A stretch of 64,000 nt of DNA. It comes from Patescibacteria group bacterium. GTDB taxonomy: Bacteria > Patescibacteriota > Microgenomatia > JAMCZE01. The DNA lies in the NCBI GenBank assembly GCA_023380635.1, contig JAMCRP010000001.1, positions 405,200-469,199 on the forward strand, read 5' to 3'. The position numbers were made by a program, and so were the translations under genes. Below, piece after piece: positions 10,606-18,746 of this stretch; position 1 is the stretch's first letter; every line of letters begins with the position of its first letter. Below the pieces are notes generated by a model. It made no database searches and had not been told where the DNA came from. It saw nothing but the letters and a program-made list of their open reading frames with translations.

Positions 10606-12094
10606 AAGACTACTAAAACCATTATACCCGCTTCTGGTTGTTCTTGGTATCGTCTTGCTCTTACGCCTCCCCTCTTTGTTTGAACCTTACTGGTATGGCG
10701 ATGAAGGAATTTATTTAGCTTTGGGGCAGGCCATGCGCCGGGGCGCCGTTTTATACCGTGATATCTGGGATAACAAGCCGCCGCTTTTGTACATGATTTA
10801 CGCCATTATTCCTACTCTCTTGTGGGCAAAGATTACTGCGACCGTCTTTGTCCTGGGAACCACCGCGGTTGTTTATAAAATTTCCCGAAACTTTTTAGCG
10901 GCCCTGCTAGCGGGAGTTCTGCTTTCGATACCATTATTAGAAGGCACCATTGCCAACGCCGAATTGTATTTTACTTTGCCGATTGCCCTGGCCGCTTATT
11001 TTTTTCTTATTAACCGGCTTAAACCGGGGTTCATCGGTATCTTGCTGGCAATCGCTTTTCTTTTAAAAGTTCCGGCCGCTTTTGATTTCCTCGGAATGTT
11101 TGCGGCCTATTTACTTATAGATTTTATTGAAGTTCACCCCCGAAACGGCCGGGCCTTCTTTAGTTTTATTTTAAAACAAGTTAAGTTTTTTCTGGCCGTG
11201 GCTCTGATCCCCTTACTTTCCCTTGTTATCCTAACGGTTTATTTTCAGCTCCATCACGCCCTCCCCGATTTTCTCCTGGCAGTGTTTTTCCAAAACGCTT
11301 CTTATGTCACCGTTGATTCCGGCCCCCTCTCGAAATTATCTAATCCTTTATTTATAAAAGGCTTATTGCTCCTGTTTTCCTTATTAATCTTATTGGTTCT
11401 TTTCCTCAAAAAGCGTGTTTCCAAAGAATTTCTGTTCCTTTCTTTCTGGTTTGGTTTTTCGCTCTACGGCGCCTTGCTGTCTAACCGTCCTTATTTGCAT
11501 TATCTCCTCCAGATTGTCCCCCCTGGAGTTATCCTGCTTTTTTACATGTTAAGAAATATCCGCCAATACCTAATCCTTAATACTCTATATTTAATACTTT
11601 TGCTCCTCCTCGCCCGAATGTTTACCGGTGCTTTTGCCTTGGATACCCGGTCCTATTATGCCAACTGGTTTGACTATCTTTCCGAAAGAAAATCCTGGAT
11701 GGATTATGTCAATTATTTTGACAGCCGGACTTCTAATAATTATGACCTGGCAAAGTATATTGATCAAAACACGGGTCCCAATGATCCGATTTTTTTCTGG
11801 GGTGACAACGCTTTTGTTTATGTTGTTTCCAACCGGCCGGCGGCTACCAAGTTTATTCAGGCCCACCATTTGACCACTATCCCCCCGAAAAATTATGATT
11901 TAATCATGCAGCGTTTGGAGAAATATCAGCCAAAATTAATTCTGGTTTCCCGCCCCGCCGGTTTTGCTTTCCCGACTCTGGAAGATTTCCTGAAAAAGAA
12001 TTATCGCCCGACCCAAACTTTTGAAAGTGTTTACGTCTACCGCAGTATCCTTCCCGCCAATCCACCAACTTTTAATCCCCAATATACGAACTAA
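10592..12094 (+). CDS. ArnT/PMT-family (GT39/GT83-like) GT-C glycosyltransferase
   Basis: YWYGDEGIY and DNKPPLLY motifs in the first periplasmic loop, polytopic; 500 aa; divergent from the preceding GT-C gene with overlapping starts. Confidence 0.7.
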   Translation: MSRFIRLLKPLYPLLVVLGIVLLLRLPSLFEPYWYGDEGIYLALGQAMRRGAVLYRDIWDNKPPLLYMIYAIIPTLLWAKITATVFVLGTTAVVYKISRNFLAALLAGVLLSIPLLEGTIANAELYFTLPIALAAYFFLINRLKPGFIGILLAIAFLLKVPAAFDFLGMFAAYLLIDFIEVHPRNGRAFFSFILKQVKFFLAVALIPLLSLVILTVYFQLHHALPDFLLAVFFQNASYVTVDSGPLSKLSNPLFIKGLLLLFSLLILLVLFLKKRVSKEFLFLSFWFGFSLYGALLSNRPYLHYLLQIVPPGVILLFYMLRNIRQYLILNTLYLILLLLLARMFTGAFALDTRSYYANWFDYLSERKSWMDYVNYFDSRTSNNYDLAKYIDQNTGPNDPIFFWGDNAFVYVVSNRPAATKFIQAHHLTTIPPKNYDLIMQRLEKYQPKLILVSRPAGFAFPTLEDFLKKNYRPTQTFESVYVYRSILPANPPTFNPQYTN

Positions 12095-13865
12095 ATTGTA
12101 CTTCCAACAAGTGTTCCGGAATGTCGGCAATAAAGCGGCTGATCATGTTTTCCGAGCGGGTACCAAAAAACAATCGCCGCCGCGCGTAGGTCAGGTATAA
12201 CTTTTGTTTAGCCCGGGTGATGCCCACATAGCAGAGTCGGCGTTCTTCTTCCATTTCCAGTCTATCCATTAACGCCCGGCTGTGGGGAAACAACCCCTCT
12301 TCCATTCCCACCATAAAGACCACCGGAAATTCCAGACCCTTAGCGCTGTGGAGAGTCATGAGAGTCACGGCGTTGTTACTGACCCGGCGGTTACTTTCTC
12401 TTTCTACCAGAGCGACATTTTCCAAAAATTCCTCAAGCTTCGGAAATTCCTGGGCCACTGATCGCAACTCTTTAATGTTTTCCAATCTTGCCAGATCTTC
12501 TTCGTTCTCTTGGTCAAACAGTTCCAGATAACCGGTAGCTTTCAAAACATCGTCGAGTAGTTCCAATGTTTGTTTCTTGCTGTAGTCGGTGGTCTGTAAT
12601 CGGTAGTCTTCAAATTTCTCCAGTCTTCCCTTACCAAGTTTCTCGATTCTTTTATAGGAAACCGCGTCTTTGGGATTATGAAAATAGCGAAGATAGGACA
12701 GGACATCTTTTATTTCTTTTCTTTCGTAAAATCGGGTACCTCCAACCAACAAATAAGGTATGCCCTCGTGTAAAAACGCTTCTTCCAGAACCCGTGATTG
12801 GGCGTTGGTCCTGTAAAGCACCGCGTAATTAGAGTAGTTTATTGGTTTACTGGGTGACTGCTTTATTGTTTTTATTATATAGAGCGCTTCATCTTGTTCG
12901 TTTCTCGCTTCGTATAAATGAATTTTTTCTCCTCCATTAGATTCAGTCCACAACTTGAGTATCGGGTGGGACTTATTTTTGGAAATCACATGGAAAGCAG
13001 CGTCGAGAATTTTTTGCGTGGACCGGTAGTTTTGTTCCAGATTAAAAGTTTGGACCCGGGGAAACTCCGCTTTAAATTTTAAGAGATTGCGGTAGTCGGC
13101 TCCCCGCCAGGAATAAATGCTTTGGGAAAAATCCCCGACAACGCAAATGTTTTGGTATTTTTTAGCCAACAGCCGCGTCAGTTCAAATTGGGCGTTATTG
13201 GTGTCCTGATATTCGTCAACCAGAACATATTTCCAGCGCTCCTGGTATTTTTCTAAAGTATTTTTAGAGGTACGAAACAGCCGCACTGTCTCCATTATCA
13301 GATCGTCAAAATCCAAGGCATCGGCTTCCTTTAGGGCTTTTTGATAACTAAGGTATATCTGAGCCACGGTTTCCTGCCAGAAACCCCGGGCGTATTGGGG
13401 ATAGTCCGTTGCGGATATCAGTTGGTTTTTGGCCCCGTTAATGGTTGCCAACACCGCGTTCGGATTGAAATTTTTTGTCGAGATGTCCATTTTCTTCATG
13501 ATATCTTTAATCAGGTCCGAAGAATCGTTGTCGTCATAAATAACATACTTGGAAGAAATGCCGATTTCTTTGCCGTCGACGCGCAAAATTTTGGCGCAAA
13601 TACTATGGAAAGTACCAGCTAACGGCGAGCGGCCGTCAACCAATTGCAGTAACCGCTCCTTCATTTCGTTGGCCGCTTTATTGGTGAAAGTTACCAGGAG
13701 AATTTCTTCCGGGGCCACCTTTTTCTCCGCCATCAGGTACGCAACTCGGTATGTTAAGACCCGGGTTTTACCTGACCCCGCCCCGGCCAAAACCAAGACC
13801 GGTCCCTCGGTTGCCCGCACCGCTTCCTGCTGTTTACTGTTTAGTTTAGATAAAAGCTCTTCCAT
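12072..13865 (-). CDS. uvrD: UvrD/PcrA-family DNA helicase (short form)
   Basis: LVLAGAGSGKTRVLTYRVAYL (Walker A), FTNKAANEM, VDEYQDTN, YRSTQKIL and TLHSAKGLEFPVVF motifs; 597 aa. Confidence 0.85.
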   Translation of the reverse strand: MEELLSKLNSKQQEAVRATEGPVLVLAGAGSGKTRVLTYRVAYLMAEKKVAPEEILLVTFTNKAANEMKERLLQLVDGRSPLAGTFHSICAKILRVDGKEIGISSKYVIYDDNDSSDLIKDIMKKMDISTKNFNPNAVLATINGAKNQLISATDYPQYARGFWQETVAQIYLSYQKALKEADALDFDDLIMETVRLFRTSKNTLEKYQERWKYVLVDEYQDTNNAQFELTRLLAKKYQNICVVGDFSQSIYSWRGADYRNLLKFKAEFPRVQTFNLEQNYRSTQKILDAAFHVISKNKSHPILKLWTESNGGEKIHLYEARNEQDEALYIIKTIKQSPSKPINYSNYAVLYRTNAQSRVLEEAFLHEGIPYLLVGGTRFYERKEIKDVLSYLRYFHNPKDAVSYKRIEKLGKGRLEKFEDYRLQTTDYSKKQTLELLDDVLKATGYLELFDQENEEDLARLENIKELRSVAQEFPKLEEFLENVALVERESNRRVSNNAVTLMTLHSAKGLEFPVVFMVGMEEGLFPHSRALMDRLEMEEERRLCYVGITRAKQKLYLTYARRRLFFGTRSENMISRFIADIPEHLLEVQFSSYIGD

Positions 13866-13888
13866 CGTGTTAGAATATTTTAGTCGTA

Positions 13889-14569
13889 ATGGAAAACAAT
13901 TTCTTAATCGTCGCCAATTGGAAAGCCTTCACACCTGAAACTAAAAAATGGTTTCAGGAATTTTCAATTCGAAATTTACAATTCGAAAACAAAATCGAAA
14001 TTGCGATCGCCCCCTCATTCCCATTAATTTCCAGTGTTTCTCAAGAAATTCAAATTTCAAATTTAAAATTTCAAATTGCTTCGCAGGATGTTTCCCGATT
14101 TCCCGAAGGGCCGTATACCGGTGAAGTCCCGGCCGCTATTTTAGCAAAAATTGGCGTGAAATATTGCCTCGTGGGCCACTCGGAACGACGCAAAAATTTT
14201 GGCGAAATGGCAGATATTGTAGCCGAAAAAGTTAAACAACTTTTGGCAAACGGAATTACTCCGATTGTCTGCGCCCGCAATCTGTCAGATATTCCCGATG
14301 TTCCTAATTTGCCCTATGTCATGTACGAACCCGAAGAAGCCATCAGCACCAACGGAATTTATCATCCGGAGTCGCCGGAAAACATTAATAAAGTCCTGTC
14401 TGAGTGGCAAACCATTCTTCCCGGGACGAAATTTTTATATGGCGGCAGTGTTAATCCTGATTTCAAATTTCAAATTTCAAATTTCAAATTAATCTCTGGT
14501 CTTGTTGTCGGTCACGCCTCTTTAGATTCGGCTTCGTTTTCTGCTATTATTAATTCTCTGCAATCATAA
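13889..14569 (+). CDS. tpiA: Triose-phosphate isomerase
   Basis: ANWK, GHSERR, YEPEEAI and YGGSVN motifs. Contains three stretches encoded by AATTTCA heptamer repeats. Confidence 0.85.
   Translation: MENNFLIVANWKAFTPETKKWFQEFSIRNLQFENKIEIAIAPSFPLISSVSQEIQISNLKFQIASQDVSRFPEGPYTGEVPAAILAKIGVKYCLVGHSERRKNFGEMADIVAEKVKQLLANGITPIVCARNLSDIPDVPNLPYVMYEPEEAISTNGIYHPESPENINKVLSEWQTILPGTKFLYGGSVNPDFKFQISNFKLISGLVVGHASLDSASFSAIINSLQS
13961..14003. repeat. AT-rich heptamer-type repeat (AATTTCA / AATTCGA variants) inside tpiA coding sequence
   Basis: ttttcaattcgaaatttacaattcgaaaacaaaatcgaaattg; encodes NLQFENKIEI. Confidence 0.6.
14046..14078. repeat. Heptamer repeat (CAAATTT)n inside tpiA
   Basis: aaattcaaatttcaaatttaaaatttcaaattg; encodes EIQISNLKFQIA. 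Confidence 0.6.
14458..14490. repeat. Heptamer repeat (TCAAATT)x4 inside tpiA
   Basis: tgatttcaaatttcaaatttcaaatttcaaatt; encodes DFKFQISNFKL. Confidence 0.65.
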
Positions 14570-14571
14570 AC

Positions 14572-15663
14572 ATGCCCTGGAAACGATTCAAGCGAAAAAT
14601 TTTTTCCCGGCCACGGCTAATCCGGTCAATTGGCATTGGAATTATTTGTTTCGCTTTCCTGGCTTTTATTTTTTATCTTTTATCCCCGTATTTGTCCCCC
14701 GTAGTAAAAACCGGCCAGAAAATTATTCTGCCGCAAAATAACTTTACTCTGAAAAATGATAACGGCCGAACCAATATCCTGGTTTTGGGCGTGGGCGGAG
14801 GAACTCACGACGGGCCGAATCTAACAGATACGATGATTGTCGTTTCGGCTGTAACTAAACTACCAAAAGATAACACTCCCGTACCGCCAATAACCTTAAT
14901 TTCTATTCCCAGAGATATCTACCTGGACTCTTTGCCGGGAAAAATCAACAGCGCTTATGACCTTGGAGGCTTAACCCAGGCGGAAACTGCCGTGGCTACG
15001 GTTACCGGTCTGCCAATCCATTATGCCGTGAGGATTGATTTTTCGGTCTTCGAAAAAATTATTGACACCATCGGCGGCATTGATGTGAATGTGACAAATA
15101 CTTTAGACGACTATCAGTATCCTATTGATGGTAAAGAAAATGATACCTGCGGTTTTTCTGAGGCGGAAGTGGCTTCCCGGGCAGCAACTATTATTGACGA
15201 CCAGACAGCCTTTGCCGCTTTCCCCTGCCGCTATGAACATTTGCATTTTGATCCCGGTCTGCAACACATGGACGGAACCACGGCTCTAAAATTTGTCCGC
15301 AGCCGCCATGCTCAGTGGCCGGAAGGCTCGGATTTTGCCCGTTCCCAGCGTCAGCAGCTGGTGATTAAAGCCATCCGGGACAAGGTTTTTACTTTACCGT
15401 CGCTTCTCAATGTCGGCCAGGATCTGGCCATTTATAACCAGCTGAAATCCCATATCGACACCGATTTTGATTTTTCCTCGCCGCAGGATCTTCTAAACTT
15501 GGCTCTAAAATACCGCAGCGCCTCGCTACGCAGCATCACTCTGGACGAAAATGTCTTAGTTAATCCTCCACAAGACCAAAGGGGTTGGATCCTAATACCC
15601 AAAAACGGCTCCTGGGATGAAATTCACCAGCTGATCGCTACAGAATCAGGCCAAGCCCAATAA
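14572..15663 (+). CDS. LytR-CpsA-Psr (LCP) family cell-envelope polymer transferase
   Basis: N-terminal TM anchor, ILVLGVGGG, DTMIVVS and ISIPRDIYL motifs of the LCP domain; 363 aa. Confidence 0.8.
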   Translation: MPWKRFKRKIFSRPRLIRSIGIGIICFAFLAFIFYLLSPYLSPVVKTGQKIILPQNNFTLKNDNGRTNILVLGVGGGTHDGPNLTDTMIVVSAVTKLPKDNTPVPPITLISIPRDIYLDSLPGKINSAYDLGGLTQAETAVATVTGLPIHYAVRIDFSVFEKIIDTIGGIDVNVTNTLDDYQYPIDGKENDTCGFSEAEVASRAATIIDDQTAFAAFPCRYEHLHFDPGLQHMDGTTALKFVRSRHAQWPEGSDFARSQRQQLVIKAIRDKVFTLPSLLNVGQDLAIYNQLKSHIDTDFDFSSPQDLLNLALKYRSASLRSITLDENVLVNPPQDQRGWILIPKNGSWDEIHQLIATESGQAQ

Positions 15664-16975
15664 CTATTGCCCCTATTCCACCGCCAAGAATCAACAGGGT
15701 GGTTTCCAAAGCTCCGGTCGTTGGCGTTTGCGGAGGTTGAGCCGGCGGCTGGTTTTCCGGGGTAGCGGTGGGCGTGGCCGGCGGTTCCTCAATTGGTTGC
15801 GGCGTCGGTGTGGGTGCCGGCGCACAATCAGCGTCAGCGGAGCAGGTGTCCTGGCCCAGGCCATTTACTTTAACACAGGCGTTATTTACGCAGGCAAAGT
15901 GCGAAGTCGTGGCCGAAGGTGTTCCTGAAGTCACCGGCAAGATGGAAGTGTCCGCGGAGACATAAAAAGTTCTGGTGATGGTTTGGGTTGTTCCGTCAGG
16001 ATTAACCACCGTGATTGTGGCCGTGTGCTGCCCGGGAGAAAGGGCGGCCGGCGGGGTCCAGGACCAGTTGCCGCTTGGATCAGCTTTTACCGTTCCTGAA
16101 TAAACCGTCGACGAATGCACGGTAATAGAGACCATCTGGTTGGGTCCGGCAGTGCCTTTAATTGTGGGTAGCGGCGTTGACACCGTTTCGTTATTTTTTA
16201 AAGTCACCTCTAAAGTTCCGCCGCTGGGAGAAGCAGAACCAGTATTAAGACTTACCTGAAAACCTGTCGCGCCGGAAGAAGTCGCTGTCGGTGCCTGAAC
16301 CTGGCCGTTTTGTCCACAACTGGTGCTGTCACCGATTTTAACCGTCGGCAGCGGTTTATCCTGGCCATTAGTACAACTTATGGTTGCCGCGGTTCCGTCA
16401 GCCGCATAAATCTTCACTGTTTCCGCCTGACCTGCCGTAGTTACTACCGGCAGAACATAACTTCCCGAGGCGTTCGTTAAAGCTGCTACTTTCTCTGTTG
16501 GTTTATCGGTCTGCCAGACCACAATCGCATCAGACAGCGGCACACCCGTCGTGTCCGTCACTTTGCCAAAAATCGGATCGGTTACCTGATTATCAGGAAC
16601 CATTTTGGTTGTCACCTGAAGCGGTTGCCCTGAAGGAGCGTCGCTGACTTTGACATAATAAGTCGTAGCCGCCGTAAGACCGGTTACCCGGATAAAATGG
16701 CTTGCTGACTGACCATTGTCGGTCGCCGTTTCATTTGTTGCCCCTTCACTAAGACCGTAGGAAACCACGCCCACTGTCTTGCTCTGGGCAACCCAAAAAA
16801 CCGTGAAGCTGGTGTCGGAAACATTGGCGATATCAGCTGGCACCAGCAAAATCTGGTCGGAACTGGCTTTGGAAAATAAACTGGTCACATTTTTAACCAG
16901 AGAGGTTGTCACGGCCATTACTCCCACCAGAGCGACAACCATTATTAATCCGACAGCCGTAGGAATTTTTCTCAT
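15638..16975 (-). CDS. Cell-surface protein with tandem Ig-like/beta-sandwich domains, Pro/Thr-rich stalk and C-terminal TM anchor
   Basis: Signal peptide MRKIPTAVGLIMVVALVGVMA, repetitive beta-rich domains, PTPTPQP linker and terminal LLILGGGIGAIVIGLGLIL helix; 445 aa. Confidence 0.5.
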   Translation of the reverse strand: MRKIPTAVGLIMVVALVGVMAVTTSLVKNVTSLFSKASSDQILLVPADIANVSDTSFTVFWVAQSKTVGVVSYGLSEGATNETATDNGQSASHFIRVTGLTAATTYYVKVSDAPSGQPLQVTTKMVPDNQVTDPIFGKVTDTTGVPLSDAIVVWQTDKPTEKVAALTNASGSYVLPVVTTAGQAETVKIYAADGTAATISCTNGQDKPLPTVKIGDSTSCGQNGQVQAPTATSSGATGFQVSLNTGSASPSGGTLEVTLKNNETVSTPLPTIKGTAGPNQMVSITVHSSTVYSGTVKADPSGNWSWTPPAALSPGQHTATITVVNPDGTTQTITRTFYVSADTSILPVTSGTPSATTSHFACVNNACVKVNGLGQDTCSADADCAPAPTPTPQPIEEPPATPTATPENQPPAQPPQTPTTGALETTLLILGGGIGAIVIGLGLIL

Positions 16976-17163
16976 GGCTCCTTTTTACTTAAAGTAGTAA
17001 AGATATCCTGATTAATTGTCGGCGAGAGTGGCGTCATAATTTTTTCCACATCTGCCGGGATAGTTGACCGGCGAATGTTTGCCGCGGCAGAAGTAATCGC
17101 CCAGGATGCCGCCAGAGCAAAAGCTAAAACCGCGATAATCAACCAGTTGCGATTCTTTTTCAT
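16972..17163 (-). CDS. Small membrane-anchored protein in the pilN/pilO operon (hypothetical)
   Basis: 63 aa with one TM helix; translationally coupled (overlapping stop/start) with the PilO-like gene and the surface protein. Confidence 0.3.
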   Translation of the reverse strand: MKKNRNWLIIAVLAFALAASWAITSAAANIRRSTIPADVEKIMTPLSPTINQDIFTTLSKKEP

Positions 17164-17807
17164 TGGCTTCTGTAATAATATCCCTGACCGGAAACATTAA
17201 TCGATAGCCCGCCTGCTTGGCTCTCTATCCAGGAAAAAGACAGCGACGAAAGTCGGATATAGCGCAGTTGGTTTTCCAGTCTTCCCAGGAAATCTCGGGT
17301 CTGAAGCTCAGTGCCGTTAACCGCCAGAGAAAAATTAACCGTCGGTAAGTTTGCCACTGTCACTGCTTTCTTCTCCGTTTTACCGGCGGTTTTGGCCGCT
17401 TCCGTTGACAAGGGAATATCCTCAAACTGTAAACCGGAAAGCGTGACTCCCGCGGCCGTGGCTGTTTTATGCAAATCAAAAATCAAATCCTGGGGTTGGG
17501 GTTCCGTTGGCAGTGCAGTCTCCAAAAGGGGCAGCTGCGGGCTAATGCGCTGATAGACATCCTCTGCCAAAACCAGCGCGTTAACTTTATCGTTAAGCGC
17601 TTTCAGGATCCGGTTCTGATCGTCAATCTTTTTGCGCAGCCCCAGAATAATATTGATTGTCGGCGACAGGGCAAACAAAATCAGGAAAGTGATTAAAATC
17701 AACGAGGCAATCAGGGCAAAATAACTGCGGACAACCGGATCCGTCAGGACAGGCTGGATGTAGGCAAAGTAGCGCCGGTATCGGGCTGAATTACTGCTTG
17801 TGGCCAT
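17160..17807 (-). CDS. PilO-like type IV pilus assembly protein
   Basis: Bitopic: short cytoplasmic N-terminus, TM helix, coiled coil, then periplasmic domain; gene order after the PilN-like gene. Confidence 0.45.
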   Translation of the reverse strand: MATSSNSARYRRYFAYIQPVLTDPVVRSYFALIASLILITFLILFALSPTINIILGLRKKIDDQNRILKALNDKVNALVLAEDVYQRISPQLPLLETALPTEPQPQDLIFDLHKTATAAGVTLSGLQFEDIPLSTEAAKTAGKTEKKAVTVANLPTVNFSLAVNGTELQTRDFLGRLENQLRYIRLSSLSFSWIESQAGGLSINVSGQGYYYRSQ

Positions 17808-18342
17808 AGTCTGCTTTCAAAGAAAAATCAACAACACCGTAAACATCCTTCTTAGCGATCCGCTCGACATTAATATTGGAAAAGTTCGGTGAGTTTTGAA
17901 ACCCGGTTACCATGGTTTCCAAAAGATTTTCGTCGGCGCTTCCGGCAAAGGCAATCATTTGCGGGTTAATGCTCAGCTGAACCAAAGTTACTCCATTGGG
18001 AATCAGTTTTTTAGTCTGATCGTAAACCGTCAGAGTAGAAGTTGCTTTTTCCAGCTGGCCGGCTTTGTCTACCTTGTCCGAAACTGTCCGAAATTCTTTC
18101 TCAAAATCCGCCAGGGCCAAAACAACCGCCTTTTGCCGGTCAATTTTGTCGTTTAAATCCGCCACCACCGTATCCAGCCAAAAGCGGGATAAAAAGGCCC
18201 CGATAACAATTAATTCTGTTAAAACTACAATCCGCCGGCCCCAGGTCAGCGCCCATTTAATAAATTTTCCTCCCGAGGTGTTTTCCAGTTCATCCCCAGA
18301 CAACAGATTTAATTCCGGTGTGGGAAATTTTTCCTCCGGCAT
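17791..18342 (-). CDS. PilN-like type IV pilus assembly protein
   Basis: N-terminal ELNLLSGDE (INLLP-like) motif followed by a TM helix and coiled coil, typical PilN architecture; 183 aa. Confidence 0.45.
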   Translation of the reverse strand: MPEEKFPTPELNLLSGDELENTSGGKFIKWALTWGRRIVVLTELIVIGAFLSRFWLDTVVADLNDKIDRQKAVVLALADFEKEFRTVSDKVDKAGQLEKATSTLTVYDQTKKLIPNGVTLVQLSINPQMIAFAGSADENLLETMVTGFQNSPNFSNINVERIAKKDVYGVVDFSLKADYGHKQ

Positions 18343-18405
18343 AACTTTAATCAGAATAGATTATCCGAGGCAAAGAATCAATGTAGCAGAAGAAAAAATC
18401 CGGAG

Positions 18406-18705
18406 CTATTTCTTGGCAGTTTTCGTCTTGGCAGCTTTTGGTTTAGCTTCGCCTTTGGCTTTAGTCTCAGTTTTGGGCAAACGCTTAGACAGCCGGCTCT
18501 TTAGACGGGCTGCTTTATTTTTGTGAATCACGTTATTTTTTGCCGCCTTATCCAAAGCGGATACCGCCTTTGAGTAGGCCGCTACCGTCGGGTTTTTTTT
18601 AAAGGCATCGATCAGTTCTTTGACCTGCTTTTTGACCCCACGGTTCTGGGCCTCGTGACTTCGGGCCTGTTTTAATTTCTTAATGGCTGACTGGATTACT
18701 GGCAT
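18406..18705 (-). CDS. rpsT: 30S ribosomal protein S20 with Lys-rich C-terminal extension
   Basis: MPVIQSAIKKLKQARSHEAQNRGVKKQVK aligns to the S20 N-terminus; 99 aa. Confidence 0.8.
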   Translation of the reverse strand: MPVIQSAIKKLKQARSHEAQNRGVKKQVKELIDAFKKNPTVAAYSKAVSALDKAAKNNVIHKNKAARLKSRLSKRLPKTETKAKGEAKPKAAKTKTAKK

Positions 18706-18746
18706 ATGTTAATTCTGATTTTAGCATAGTACAATGCTTCGTAGCA

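Noticed and set aside
12566-13938. Plus-strand ORFs antisense to the second UvrD gene
   Set aside because: They lie inside a well-supported helicase CDS.
13961-14490. Considered the heptamer-repeat tracts in tpiA to be MITE-like insertions
   Set aside because: Alignment with E. coli TPI shows the repeat-encoded segments replace equal-length native loops (the overall distance from NWK to GHSERR and from YGGSVN to GxxVGxASL is preserved). They are in-place sequence rather than insertions; I still report them as an unusual DNA-level pattern.
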